Assembly (NCBI GenBank): GCA_963743205.1
Contig: CAVUOW010000003.1
Location: 169,497 to 233,496 of the forward strand
DNA length: 64,000 nucleotides
Reading direction: 5' to 3'
Origin: Candidatus Aminicenantes bacterium
GTDB taxonomy: Bacteria; Acidobacteriota; Aminicenantia; Aminicenantales; Saccharicenantaceae
A program made the position numbers and the translations under genes. The stretch's first letter is position 1, and each line of letters starts with the position of its first letter. Shown in pieces: positions 39,605 through 49,043 of this stretch. The notes under the pieces are model-generated. The model saw only the letters and a list, made by a program, of their open reading frames with translations, made no database searches and was not told where the DNA came from.

Positions 39605-41659
39605 ATGAAACGCATTTCCACGGGGATCATCGGGGTTTTGGCAGCGGCGGCCATGTCAATCTCCGCCCTGTCTAGCACCCTATTTGCCTGGGATGCCGCG
39701 GCGGCCCATGATCGAGCGAGCCGGGACGCGTTCGCCAGCGGCCATATGACAAAAACCGGCCCTCCGCCGTTCGCCTTTATCTATGGTGGCAAAGCCTCGT
39801 CCGGCTTTATCGGCAAATGGAGCGTGACTTCGGACGAGAAGACCGAGGGCGCGAAGATCATCCGGACCGTCGTCTATACCGACTCCTCGACCGGCCTCCG
39901 CATCACGGCCGTCTACACGGTCTATCAGGATTTCCCGGCCGCGGAATGGGTCGTGCGCTTCAAGAACACGGGTCGCGCGGATACGCCGATCATCGAGAAT
40001 GTCCAGGCCTGCGCCGTTTCATTCCCGAATTTCGCCGCGTCGGCCTCCGGACCGGTCATGTTGTATCGGGCCAGAGGCAGCGCCGCCGAGCGCTCCGACT
40101 TCGGCCCGATCAACGACACGGTCGCGCCGAAAGCCGAGATCCGCTTCGGACCGACCGCCGGACGCTCCTCCGATACGAACGCGCTGCCCTTCTTCAACAT
40201 CGCGACGCCCGAGCACGGCATCGTCGCCGCCATCGGATGGAGCGGCCGCTGGGAAGCCGTCGTCGGGCGCAAGGGCGCGGACTCGCGTTCGCTCGACCTC
40301 ACGGCCGGCATGGCCGCGACGCGCTTCCGGCTCCGTCCCGGCGAAGAAGTCCGGACGCCATCCGTGGCCCTGCTCTTCTGGAAAAGCCCCGACCGGATGT
40401 CCGGGCACAACCTCTTTCGCCGCTTCGTCCTGGCCCATCACATGCCGCAGGCGAACGGCAAGCCCGTCGCTCTGCCCATCGCCCACGGCGTCGGCTTCGG
40501 CGGTCCGTTCCCGTGCAACGAATACGTCTGCGCCACCGAGAGCTACGCCATCGGCATGATCGAGCGGCTGCATCAGTTCGGCATCGAGCCGGACGCCTGC
40601 TGGATCGACGCCGGCTGGTACGAGAACCCGACCGGCCAATGGTGGTCGGGCGTGGGCACCTGGACGGTCAACACAAAGAATTTCCCGCGCGGCCTCAAGC
40701 CGGTGACGGAGGCGGCCAAGAAGTTCGGCCAGGGCTTCGTCGTCTGGTTCGAGCCCGAGCGCGTCTATGAAGGCACGTGGCTCGATCGCGAGCACAAGGA
40801 CTGGCTGGCCTTTCTGCCCGGGAACCGCAATCGGCTGCTCGATCTCGGCAACCCGAAGGCGCTGGCCTGGCTCATCGGCCATATCTCGAACTTCATCAAG
40901 ACCGAGGGCGTCACGATCTACCGGCAGGATTTCAACTTCGATCCGGCGCCCTTCTGGAAGGCCATGGACGCGCCGGACCGCGTCGGCATCGCCGAGATGA
41001 AGCACATCGAGGGGCTGTACGCGTTCTGGGACGCGCTCCTCGAACAGAATCCCGGGCTCCTCATCGACAATTGCGCGTCGGGCGGGCGGCGCATCGACCT
41101 CGAGACGACGAGCCGCAGCATCCCGCTCTGGCGGACCGACTACCAGTACTACGAGCCGAACGGATACCAGTGCCACACGTACGGGCTCCACTTCTTTGTG
41201 CCGGCGAGCGGCACGGGCAACGGCGACCCGCGCAAATACTGGTTCCGAAGCGCGGCCATGGGCGGGGCGGTCGTCATGGGCTGGGAGCTCGGGGCGGGGT
41301 TCAACGTGCGCGGCGCTATCGAGGACGTGGCCGAGTTCAGGGCGCTGCGCGAATATTTCTACGGCGATTATTATCCGCTCTCGGAATATTCGACGAGCGA
41401 CGATGCCTGGACGGCCCTCCAATGGGACCGGCCGGAGGAAGGGGACGGGATCGTTATCGCGTTCCGGCGTCCGATGGCGCCGCAGCCGTCGATCGAGGTC
41501 AAACTCGGCGGGCTGGACGCGGGTGCGGACTACGAAGTGAGCTTTGAGGATTACGGCGTCGCGGTCGTCAAGAGCGGCCGCGAGCTCTCCGCGGGGCTCA
41601 CGCTCAAGATCCCCGAAGCGCCGGCCTCGCTCCTGGTCAAATACCGGCGGGTGCGGTAA
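39605..41659 (+). CDS. GH36-like glycoside hydrolase (alpha-galactosidase-like), secreted
   Basis: 684 aa with GGAGG RBS and a signal peptide. TIM-barrel-type motifs WIDAGWY, YRQDFNF and DNCASGGRRID resemble the GH36 KxD / SGGGR.D motifs. Confidence 0.6.
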   Translation: MKRISTGIIGVLAAAAMSISALSSTLFAWDAAAAHDRASRDAFASGHMTKTGPPPFAFIYGGKASSGFIGKWSVTSDEKTEGAKIIRTVVYTDSSTGLRITAVYTVYQDFPAAEWVVRFKNTGRADTPIIENVQACAVSFPNFAASASGPVMLYRARGSAAERSDFGPINDTVAPKAEIRFGPTAGRSSDTNALPFFNIATPEHGIVAAIGWSGRWEAVVGRKGADSRSLDLTAGMAATRFRLRPGEEVRTPSVALLFWKSPDRMSGHNLFRRFVLAHHMPQANGKPVALPIAHGVGFGGPFPCNEYVCATESYAIGMIERLHQFGIEPDACWIDAGWYENPTGQWWSGVGTWTVNTKNFPRGLKPVTEAAKKFGQGFVVWFEPERVYEGTWLDREHKDWLAFLPGNRNRLLDLGNPKALAWLIGHISNFIKTEGVTIYRQDFNFDPAPFWKAMDAPDRVGIAEMKHIEGLYAFWDALLEQNPGLLIDNCASGGRRIDLETTSRSIPLWRTDYQYYEPNGYQCHTYGLHFFVPASGTGNGDPRKYWFRSAAMGGAVVMGWELGAGFNVRGAIEDVAEFRALREYFYGDYYPLSEYSTSDDAWTALQWDRPEEGDGIVIAFRRPMAPQPSIEVKLGGLDAGADYEVSFEDYGVAVVKSGRELSAGLTLKIPEAPASLLVKYRRVR

Positions 41660-41679
41660 ATAGGGGAGAAAGGAATAAC

Positions 41680-41914
41680 AATGGGGTCGGACCACAGCAA
41701 TACGAATGAAATCAAATATATATGGCCAAATTTGAACGTCGAAAGTGCCTTAAATCGGCGTTTTTGCCACCAAAAACGAAAATCTGCCAAAACGGCCAGG
41801 CCAATACCGTGTCGTCAATTTTGACCGCAAAAACGCTTAGTTAAGGCAAGAAAAGACGTGAAAACGCTTGTTAATTTACTGATTATATTCAGATTGCTGT
41901 GGTCCGACCCCAAT
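41680..41914. mobile_element. family-B doublet B3
   Basis: CAATGGGGTCGGACCACAGCAATACGAATGAAATCAAATA ... GTTTTTGCCACCAAAAAC ... CAGATTGCTGTGGTCCGACCCCAAT. Begins 20 nt after the GH36 stop and ends 14 nt before the ABC start. Confidence 0.85.
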
Positions 41915-41928
41915 GATAAGGAGCGCGC

Positions 41929-42660
41929 GTGATCGAGCTGACCCACGTTACCAAGAGCTATAACCGCGGCAAGATCAAGGCCGTCGACGACCTGACGCTC
42001 GCCGTCAAGCCGGGCGAGATCTTCGGCTTCCTGGGGCCGAACGGCGCCGGGAAGACGACGACCATCAAGCTGATCGTCGGATTGCTGCGGCCCGACTCCG
42101 GTCGGATCGCGGTCGAGGGCTTCGACGTGGCCAAGGAGCCGCTCAAGGCCAAGCAGGTGACGACCTATGTCCCCGACTTTCCGGCCATCTATGAGCGGCT
42201 GACCGGCCTCGAGTACCTCAATTTCATCGGCGACGTCTACGGCGTCCCCAAGGCGGAGCGGCTCGAGCGCATCGGCAAGTGGCTCGAGATCTTCGAGCTC
42301 GCGCCCGTCGTCACCAACCCCATCCAGAGCTACTCGCACGGCATGAAACAGAAGATCGTGCTCGCGGCGGCGCTGCTGCCGGCGCCCCGGGTCATGGTGT
42401 TGGACGAGCCGCTCGTCGGGCTCGATCCGCGGGCGGCGCATCAACTCAAGGAGATGTTCCGCGAGCACTGCGACGCGGGCAAGACGCTCTTCTTCTCGAC
42501 GCACATCATGGAGGTGGCCGAGAAGCTGTGCGACCGGATCGGCATCATCCACAAGGGACGGCTGGTGGCGTGCGGGACGATGGAGGAGCTCAAAGCGATC
42601 GACCGCACGGAAGCCGGCCAGTCGCTCGAAGAGATCTTCCTGGAGCTGACAGAGAAATGA
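41929..42660 (+). CDS. ABC transporter ATP-binding protein
   Basis: Walker A GPNGAGKTT, signature YSHGMKQK, Walker B VMVLDEP. GTG start with AAGGAG upstream. Confidence 0.9.
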   Translation: MIELTHVTKSYNRGKIKAVDDLTLAVKPGEIFGFLGPNGAGKTTTIKLIVGLLRPDSGRIAVEGFDVAKEPLKAKQVTTYVPDFPAIYERLTGLEYLNFIGDVYGVPKAERLERIGKWLEIFELAPVVTNPIQSYSHGMKQKIVLAAALLPAPRVMVLDEPLVGLDPRAAHQLKEMFREHCDAGKTLFFSTHIMEVAEKLCDRIGIIHKGRLVACGTMEELKAIDRTEAGQSLEEIFLELTEK

Positions 42661-44501
42661 GCGCGAGCGGCGCGGGCGGCGCGATCGCGGGCGGGGACCG
42701 TAGCGCGGGCGTGGACCGTAGCGCAGGCGGGGGCGCGAGCGGGCCGGGTCGGGTGGAGCCGGACTCGCGACGGCCGAGCAGGGCCCAGACGGTCCTGACG
42801 GTCATCCGGGCCGGCCTCAGGTCGAACTTCGGGCTGGCGACCCTGAAGCACAGGCTGCTCAAAGAAAAAAAGGACCGCTGGCTCGTGCCGCTCTTCGGGG
42901 TCGCCGCGATCGGCGTCGTCCCGATGTTCTACGGCATCGTCCTGCTCATCGAGAACGTCTATCTCGTACTCAAGCCGATGGGCCAGGAGAGGGCGCTGCT
43001 ATCGTTCGGGATCCTGGCGGGGCAGCTCCTGATCCTGCTCTTCGGGATCTATTACGTCATCGCGGCGTTCTATTTCGCCCGCGACCTCGAGTTCCTCATC
43101 CCTCTGCCTCTCCGGCCGGGCGAGGTCATGGCCAGCAAGTTCGCGGTCATCGTGATCAACGAATATCTGACGGTCGCGGCGCTCGTGCTGCCGGTCGTCG
43201 TTACGGTGGGCGTGCTGGCGCGGGGCGGGGTCGGCTATTGGGTGAACGCGACGCTCGTGTATCTGACGCTGCCGATCATCCCGCTGGCGCTTGTCTCGCT
43301 CGTAGTCGTGGCCATGATGCGCTTCATCAACGTCAGCCGGAAGAAGGACGCGCTCATTCTCGTCGGCAGTCTCGCCCTCATCGGCCTGTCGTTCGCGCTG
43401 CAGATCGGGCTCGGGAAGTCGACGGGGGGCGGAGGCCCGGAGGCGAGCGCCCAGGCCGTGGCCGCTTTCTTCACCTCGTCCGACAGCCTGCTCAACAAGA
43501 TCGGCGCGATCTTCCCGCCGGGGATCTGGGCGACGAAGGCGATCGCCGGGGGATTCAGCGCGGAGGGGCTGGCGAACCTGGCGCTGCTCCTGGGCGTGTC
43601 GGTCGTGTTATTCGCCGGGATGGTCGTGGCGGCCGAGAAGCTCTTCTATCGCGGCGTCATCGGACTTGGCGAGACGACGGGGAAACGGCGGAGGCTGACG
43701 CGCGACGAGATGTCGCGGCGCGTGACGTCGGGGCGCAGGGCGTTCGCGGCGATCTTCGGGCGCGAATGGAAGATCATGAACCGGACGCCGATCTTCCTGC
43801 TCAACGGCATCCTCGTCAGCGTTTTTGTCCCGGCCATCTTCGTCCTGATGGCGACCCTCAACAAGGGAGCGAGGGGAGGGGGAGGCCCGGGCGGAGGCGG
43901 AGGCGATCCCATGGCCCTCCTGACGACCATGATATCGGCCAATCCGCTTGTGGCCATCTTGGGTGCGGCGCTGTTCATGACCATCTGCGGCAGCATCAAC
44001 GGCACCGCGTCGTCGACGTTCTCGCGGGAGGGGGCGCAGTTCTGGATCTCGCGGATGATCCCGGTCGCGCCGAGAGAGCAGGCGGCGGCCAAATTCCTGC
44101 ATTCGTATCTGGTGGCGATGCTGGGCGTCGCGACGGCGTCGGTCGTGGCTGCGGTCTTCCTTCACATGAGGGCGGTGCACCTTGCGCCTGCGGTCGCATT
44201 GTCGCTCGTGGCGGGGGTGCTGCTGACGGCGGTCGGCATGATGATCGATCTCGCGAGGCCGCTTCTCGACTGGACAAACCCGCAGAAGGCGATCAAGCAG
44301 AACCTCAACGTGCTTCTGGCGCTGTTAGCGGACGTCGGCATCCTGACGGCGGTTTTCTTCGGGGCGAAGTCGCTGATCCGGGCCAAGCTCGCGACGAACG
44401 TCGTGCTGGGCGTGGTGTTTGTAGGATTGGGCGCGCTGGCTGCAGCCAGTTACATGGCCCTCCTCAAGTTCGCCGACAAGCGTTATCCAGAGATTGAGTA
44501 A
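42657..44501 (+). CDS. large polytopic permease partner of the ABC ATPase (putative ABC-exporter membrane protein)
   Basis: ATG 42657 overlaps the ATPase stop (ATGA). 614 aa with a G/A/S/R-rich N-terminus followed by many hydrophobic helices. Stop TAA 44499-44501 overlaps the first bases of element B4. Confidence 0.6.
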   Translation: MSASGAGGAIAGGDRSAGVDRSAGGGASGPGRVEPDSRRPSRAQTVLTVIRAGLRSNFGLATLKHRLLKEKKDRWLVPLFGVAAIGVVPMFYGIVLLIENVYLVLKPMGQERALLSFGILAGQLLILLFGIYYVIAAFYFARDLEFLIPLPLRPGEVMASKFAVIVINEYLTVAALVLPVVVTVGVLARGGVGYWVNATLVYLTLPIIPLALVSLVVVAMMRFINVSRKKDALILVGSLALIGLSFALQIGLGKSTGGGGPEASAQAVAAFFTSSDSLLNKIGAIFPPGIWATKAIAGGFSAEGLANLALLLGVSVVLFAGMVVAAEKLFYRGVIGLGETTGKRRRLTRDEMSRRVTSGRRAFAAIFGREWKIMNRTPIFLLNGILVSVFVPAIFVLMATLNKGARGGGGPGGGGGDPMALLTTMISANPLVAILGAALFMTICGSINGTASSTFSREGAQFWISRMIPVAPREQAAAKFLHSYLVAMLGVATASVVAAVFLHMRAVHLAPAVALSLVAGVLLTAVGMMIDLARPLLDWTNPQKAIKQNLNVLLALLADVGILTAVFFGAKSLIRAKLATNVVLGVVFVGLGALAAASYMALLKFADKRYPEIE

Positions 44502-44737
44502 TGGGGTCGGACCACAGGAATCAGAACAATATCAGTAAGTTAGGTCATCTCTTGAGGCGCTTTTGGCCTTATCTACGGTGTTTTTGCCATCAAAAACGAG
44601 AACTGACGGGGATTAGTGCGGCTACTAATCGAGACGTCGTTTTTAGCATCGAAAATGGCCGAGTTAAGCCAAATAGGCCGCCCAATTTGAGGCTAAGTTG
44701 CTGATTATTATTTAATCTGCTGTGGTCCGACCCCATT
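44500..44737. mobile_element. family-B doublet B4
   Basis: (T)AATGGGGTCGGACCACAGGAATCAGAAC ... GTTTTTGCCATCAAAAAC ... TAATCTGCTGTGGTCCGACCCCATT. Followed by a 12-nt direct repeat ACCCCATTGACC x2. Confidence 0.85.
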
Positions 44738-44757
44738 GACCCAACCCCATTGACCAA

Positions 44758-45498
44758 TCAGCTGGCCAGGCCCGAATGCAAGTGGATGGGCCGCTCCTGG
44801 CGCCGGCGGACGCGCAGATTAAGAACCTCGACGCCTACCGAAAAGCCCATCGCGAAATAAATGTACCCCTTCGGTATGACCAACCCCAGGCCCTCGCCGA
44901 AGAGCGTGAACCCGACGAGGAGCAAGAAGCTCAGCGCGAGCATCTTGATGGTCGGATGGCCATCGACGAACTCCCCGATGGCCTTGGCCGAGAGCATCAT
45001 CACTCCGACCGCGATGACGATGGCGGCGATCATGATCGTCAGGTGATTGGCCAGTCCGATAGCCGTGATGACCGAGTCGAGGGAGAAGACGATATCGAGC
45101 ACGGCGATCTGCGCCAGCACCGAGGCCATCCGCGCAGCTCCGCGGGCGTTGTGCTGGGCGACCTCGCCCATCAGGCTGTGATGGATCTCGCGCGTGCTCT
45201 TGGCCAGCAGAAAGAGACCGCCGCCGACGAGGATGAGGTCGCGTCCGGTGAACTCGCGCGAGAAGACCTCGAAGAGGGGGTTCCTCAGCGTCATGACCCA
45301 GGTCAGCGAGAGAAGGAGCAGGATGCGGCTGACCATGGCCAGGGCCAGGCCGATAACGCGGGCCCGGTTGCGGCGTTCGTGGGGGAGGCGCCCGACGAGG
45401 ACCGAGATGAAGATGATGTTATCGATGCCGAGGACGATCTCGAGCGCCGTCAGCGTCCCCAGCGCGATCCACGATTGGAAATGCGTCATCCACTCCAT
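44758..45498 (-). CDS. TerC-family integral membrane protein
   Basis: 246 aa. LEIVLGIDNIIFISV and LDIVFSLDSVITAIG repeats are typical of TerC/Alx-type proteins. Confidence 0.8.
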   Translation of the reverse strand: MEWMTHFQSWIALGTLTALEIVLGIDNIIFISVLVGRLPHERRNRARVIGLALAMVSRILLLLSLTWVMTLRNPLFEVFSREFTGRDLILVGGGLFLLAKSTREIHHSLMGEVAQHNARGAARMASVLAQIAVLDIVFSLDSVITAIGLANHLTIMIAAIVIAVGVMMLSAKAIGEFVDGHPTIKMLALSFLLLVGFTLFGEGLGLVIPKGYIYFAMGFSVGVEVLNLRVRRRQERPIHLHSGLAS

Positions 45499-45540
45499 CG
45501 GTGTCTCCTGCGGACAGGTTTACAGGGCTCTCATTATAAG

Positions 45541-45640
45541 CGTTTTTGGCCCCAAAAAGCCCGGAGATAAGCCTTTTATAACGCAAAAAACGGGCTTAAG
45601 TTACAGATTTATATGAGATCTGCTGTGGTCCGACCCCATT
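45541..45640 (-). repeat. family-B singlet arm B5
   Basis: CGTTTTTGGCCCCAAAAAGC...GGGCTTAAG...GATCTGCTGTGGTCCGACCCCATT. Single arm only. The terminus overlaps the DsrE-like stop (ACT TAA TGGGGTC on the minus strand). Confidence 0.8.
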
Positions 45641-46106
45641 AAGTGAAAATGATCTGGCCGCCGGCCGAGATCTCGTAGAACTTCCCGACGTTGATGACCG
45701 AATCGACCTGGGGCGCGAAATCCTCTTTTTTCAGCTTGAACATGTCGACCGTGGCCTTGCAGGCGTAGAGCTTGCACCCGGCGTCCGCGACCATCTCGAT
45801 GAACTCTGGCACGGGCGGGATGTCGATCTTGTCCATCGTCTTCAGCATCATCGACGTGGCGAACGCCGAGAACCCCGGCAGGATGCCCAGGATCGACGCC
45901 ATGTGCATGCCCGGGTTGCCGACCGTCGCGATCTTGATCTTGCCCATGCGCTTCTTGGTGATCGCGTCGAGCCCGAAGAACGTGAAGAACAGGTTCGCCT
46001 CGATGCCGTCCATGCGCGCGCCGTTGGCCATGATGAGCCCGGGGTAGACGCCATCCAGGCCGCCCCTCGAAACGACGATCGAAACCTTCTTGATCTTATC
46101 TTCCAT
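45639..46106 (-). CDS. DsrE/DsrF-family sulfur-relay-like protein
   Basis: 155 aa. KVSIVVSRGGLDGVYPGLIMANGA...LFFTFFGLD...GCKLYACKATVDMF pattern as in DsrE2-like proteins. Neighbour of tusE/dsrC-like and sqr-like genes. Confidence 0.65.
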   Translation of the reverse strand: MEDKIKKVSIVVSRGGLDGVYPGLIMANGARMDGIEANLFFTFFGLDAITKKRMGKIKIATVGNPGMHMASILGILPGFSAFATSMMLKTMDKIDIPPVPEFIEMVADAGCKLYACKATVDMFKLKKEDFAPQVDSVINVGKFYEISAGGQIIFT

Positions 46107-46245
46107 TGCTTATCCCTCCAACTTCAATCTCATTTCGGATATTCTTGAAGCGCAGCATTGTGTCAACGCCCACTTCTGGTGATCGCTTCTCAGGATCCAC
46201 TTGCTGTCCTAAGACCCCATCCTGCTCGCCGCGCCCGGCCGGCCG

Positions 46246-46563
46246 TCAGACGCAGCCCTCGGGCTTCTTCATGCCGGCGATCTTGGCCGCCTTCTTGGCC
46301 GGTCCGCCCGGGAAGAGGTCGTAGAGCTCCTTGGTGCTGACGACGCCGCTCTTGTTGAGCTTGCGGATGCTCGGCACCTGGCCGTTCTCCTTGAACTCCT
46401 TCTGCATGAACTCGAGGACCTTCCAGTGGGCCGGCGTGAGAGCGGCGACCCCTTCCTCTTTGGCGATGGCCGCGGCGACATCGCGCGTCCACTGCGCAAA
46501 ATCGGTCAGGAAGCCTTCTTCGTCGACGTCGACCGCGGCCGTTCCGAATTGTTTCTTAGGCAT
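46246..46563 (-). CDS. TusE/DsrC-family sulfur-transfer protein
   Basis: 105 aa. VDEEGFLTDFAQW...LTPAHWKVLEFMQKEF...and a C-terminal ...KKPEGCV with the conserved penultimate Cys. The second, upstream DsrC-type Cys is absent. Confidence 0.8.
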   Translation of the reverse strand: MPKKQFGTAAVDVDEEGFLTDFAQWTRDVAAAIAKEEGVAALTPAHWKVLEFMQKEFKENGQVPSIRKLNKSGVVSTKELYDLFPGGPAKKAAKIAGMKKPEGCV

Positions 46564-47886
46564 GTGTCCCTCCTTCGTTTTTGCTTGCGGTTCCTATTCC
46601 ATTCTGGTTTATTTCGACTCTTTCGCCCTGCTCGCATGCCTTCGCGCCCGCCGGACGCCTTTTCCCGGCCATCTGCATCTGATTGGGAACAAACGGGATA
46701 GGCCGCCCCTTGAGCATCATGTGCCAGTAGATCCAGCGGAAGGCGAGCTTGCCCCAGTGATTGATGCGGCTCGGCTTCAGGAGCGACATCGGCCCGATGA
46801 CCGGGAACGGGAAACGCCCGGGCAGCGGCTCGACCTCGTAGTTGAAATCGATCAGGATGGCCTTGCCGCGCCCCGTCTCGACGAAGCAGTTGGCGTGCCC
46901 GTCGAACTTCTCTTCGAGCGGCTGGCCCATCGATCGCCCGATGGATGTTCTCGGCCAGGATCTCGGCCTGGAAATGGACGACCGAGCCCGCTTTCGAAGA
47001 CGGCAGGTTCGTCGCGTCGCCGATGACGAAGATGTTCTCGTGCGTTCTTCGACCGCAGCGTCTTGGTGTCGGTCGGGATGAAGCGCAGCTCGTCGCCGAG
47101 GCCGGAGCTCTCGATGACCTCGGCGCCCATGTTCGTCGGGACGGTGACGAGGAGATCGTAGGGGACCTCGCGCCCGTCGTAGCCGATGATCTTGCGGGCC
47201 GCGGCGTCGACGCGCTCCGTGCCGAAATCGGGGACGACGCGGATCTTGCGCTCGTCGAGCAGCGCGCCGAGCGCGGCGGCCGCCACCGGCTTCGTGAAGG
47301 CGCCGGCGAGAGGCGTCACGTAGACGATGTCGACCGCGTCGCGGAGCTTGCGCCGCGTGAAGTACGAGTCGCTGAGGAACGTGAACTCGAGCGGGGCGAC
47401 GGGACACTTGATGGGCATCTCGACGATGTGGATCGCGAGCCGGCCCGCCCTTGAACGTCTCGAGCTTGCGGGCGAGGGCGGCGCTCCCGTCCTTCGTGTA
47501 GAAATCGAAGATCGTGTCGCGCCAGCCGTCGAGAAGGCCGGGCGTCTCGGCCGGGACGATGTCCGCGCCGGTCGCGATGACGAGGATGTCGTAAGGGAGG
47601 CCCTCGCCGCCGGCGACGCGGACCTCGCTCTTGGCGGCGATCGATCCCCTCGATCTCGGCGACGACGAATTCGACCTGCTTGGAGAGGAAGCTTGTCGCG
47701 GTCCTTGACGATCTGTTTCGGGGCGTACATGCCGAACGGAATGAACAGGAAGCCCGGCTGATAGTAGTGATTCGTGTCGCGGTCGACGACGGTGATCGCC
47801 CAGAACGCGGGGTCGAGGCGCTGACGGAGGAGGTTGGCCATGACGGTGCCGCCCGTGCCGGCGCCGAGGATGACGATTCTCTTCAT
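46556..47886 (-). pseudogene. sulfide:quinone oxidoreductase-like FAD-dependent oxidoreductase, at least 5 frame breaks
   Basis: N-terminus MKRIVILGAGTGGTVMANLL...HYYQPGFLFIPFGMY. The sensible sequence then hops between all three frames. KQVEFVVAEIEGID / AAKSEVRVAGGEGLPYDILVIATGADIVPAETPGL...ETFKGG / RLAIHIVEMPIKCPVAPLEFTF...TLRSK / HENIFVIGDATNLPSSKAGSVVHFQAEILAENIHRAIDG / QPLEEKFDGHANCFVETGRGKAILIDF. Breaks near 47672, 47635, 47445, 47043 and 46925. Confidence 0.7.
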
Positions 47887-47978
47887 GGGTATGACTCTCT
47901 ATCTGAGCATAAGCGTGAGCATAAGGGCCGATTCGGAAGACAAATGCTAGCATTATTAGGGCATTTCTTCAAATTCCC

Positions 47979-49031
47979 ATTGGGGTCGGACCACAGCTAT
48001 CGGAACGTTTTCAATAGCTTAAGTCCGATTTTGAGATCTTTTAGGGCTTAAAGTCGGCGTTTTTGGCCCCAAAAACGAAAATCGGATTGCCCTTGGTCCG
48101 TCTGAGCACGGTCGAATCGTCTGCGATGCCGCCTCGCACGATCTCAGCCGCGCCGATCTTGTTTCCCAATTCGGCTTGAAAACCTCGAAGGTACTTTTCG
48201 CTGCCGACGGCGACGCTCTCGGTCCAGATCGGGTCGCGCTCGATCTGTCCCTTGCGGATCGCGATGTCGATCCACTCGGATCGCCGGGCCAGGTGAGCGC
48301 GGATATCAGGCGCGCCCGTCAGCTCCACGAGCTTGCTCGAATCGACCAGGAGCCCGCGGCGTCGCTCGCGAGGGACGGCGATCTCGCGCACGAGCTCGTG
48401 ATACCCGCAATAGGCCCATTCGCGAGGGTGGGCGACGACGCCGGCCCTGACCATATTCATGTCGACGTAGGTGAGGCATCGCGCGAGTTGGGCCCCGTCC
48501 TCGACGGCGGTGCCGTGATAGCGGTCCTCCCAGAACGCGCCGCGACGCTCTTTCCTCGCGTTGTAACCCTGAGCGATGCGGGACTCGATGAGCTGAAGCG
48601 CGCTCGGCAAGGCCGTGGCCTGCGCTCGCGCTCGGCTGGCGAGAACCATCGCGAGCAGATGGATGTGATTCGACGTGATCATGAAGTTCAAGATGATCAG
48701 GCCGTAGCGGATCCTCGCTTGGTGCGCCCAGTGGAGCCAGATCAGCTTGTCGCGGCGAAACTTGAGCAGGAATTCCTTCTTGTGACACCGATGCGTGATA
48801 TGCCAGATCCGGCCGGGAAGGAAATTCCGGTTTGCTCGAGGCATCGCGTTTCCGCCGTCCTGCTCGTCCTGTCTCCGAAGAAGTAGACGCATCAAGGGAC
48901 CGTATCTTCTCACGAGACCCAGGAGCAAGACGGATGTTTTTGACCCAAAAAACAATGGTTTTAAGCCTTTTTTATGCCCAAAAGAGTGGCTAACTTATTG
49001 ATTATTATCGGATCTGCTGTGGTCCGACCCC
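47979..49031 (-). mobile_element. family-B full-length copy B6: two inverted arms flanking a Y1/HUH (RAYT/IS200-like) transposase gene
   Basis: Left arm ATTGGGGTCGGACCACAGCTATCGGAAC...GGGCTTAAAGTCGGCGTTTTTGGCCCCAAAAACG. Right arm GTTTTTGACCCAAAAAAC...GGATCTGCTGTGGTCCGACCCC. Both are homologous to the arms of the short copies. Ends anchored on ORFs 47680..48051 and 49005..49787. Confidence 0.85.
48041..48844 (-). CDS. REP-associated tyrosine transposase-like protein (Y1 HUH transposase, IS200-like domain)
   Basis: ATG 48844 gives MPRANRNFLPGRIWHITHRCHKKEFLL. HUH motif SNHIHLL. Catalytic-Tyr helix YVDMNMVRAGVVAHPREWAY (compare the YI..NPVRAGLV of RAYTs). 267 aa, intact. The 3' end reads into the left-arm hairpin. 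Confidence 0.8.
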   Translation of the reverse strand: MPRANRNFLPGRIWHITHRCHKKEFLLKFRRDKLIWLHWAHQARIRYGLIILNFMITSNHIHLLAMVLASRARAQATALPSALQLIESRIAQGYNARKERRGAFWEDRYHGTAVEDGAQLARCLTYVDMNMVRAGVVAHPREWAYCGYHELVREIAVPRERRRGLLVDSSKLVELTGAPDIRAHLARRSEWIDIAIRKGQIERDPIWTESVAVGSEKYLRGFQAELGNKIGAAEIVRGGIADDSTVLRRTKGNPIFVFGAKNADFKP

Positions 49032-49043
49032 ACTTATGCTAAG

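Noticed and set aside
45499-45640. Mn2+ (yybP-ykoY) riboswitch upstream of the TerC-family gene
   Set aside because: The upstream region is occupied by a family-B singlet arm, and I could not find the conserved yybP-ykoY helices or GGAGAGUAG-type motifs.
47979-49031. IS200/IS605 element with TnpB and an omega-RNA
   Set aside because: Only a Y1 transposase-like ORF is present. There is no room for, and no trace of, a tnpB/iscB gene between the arms.
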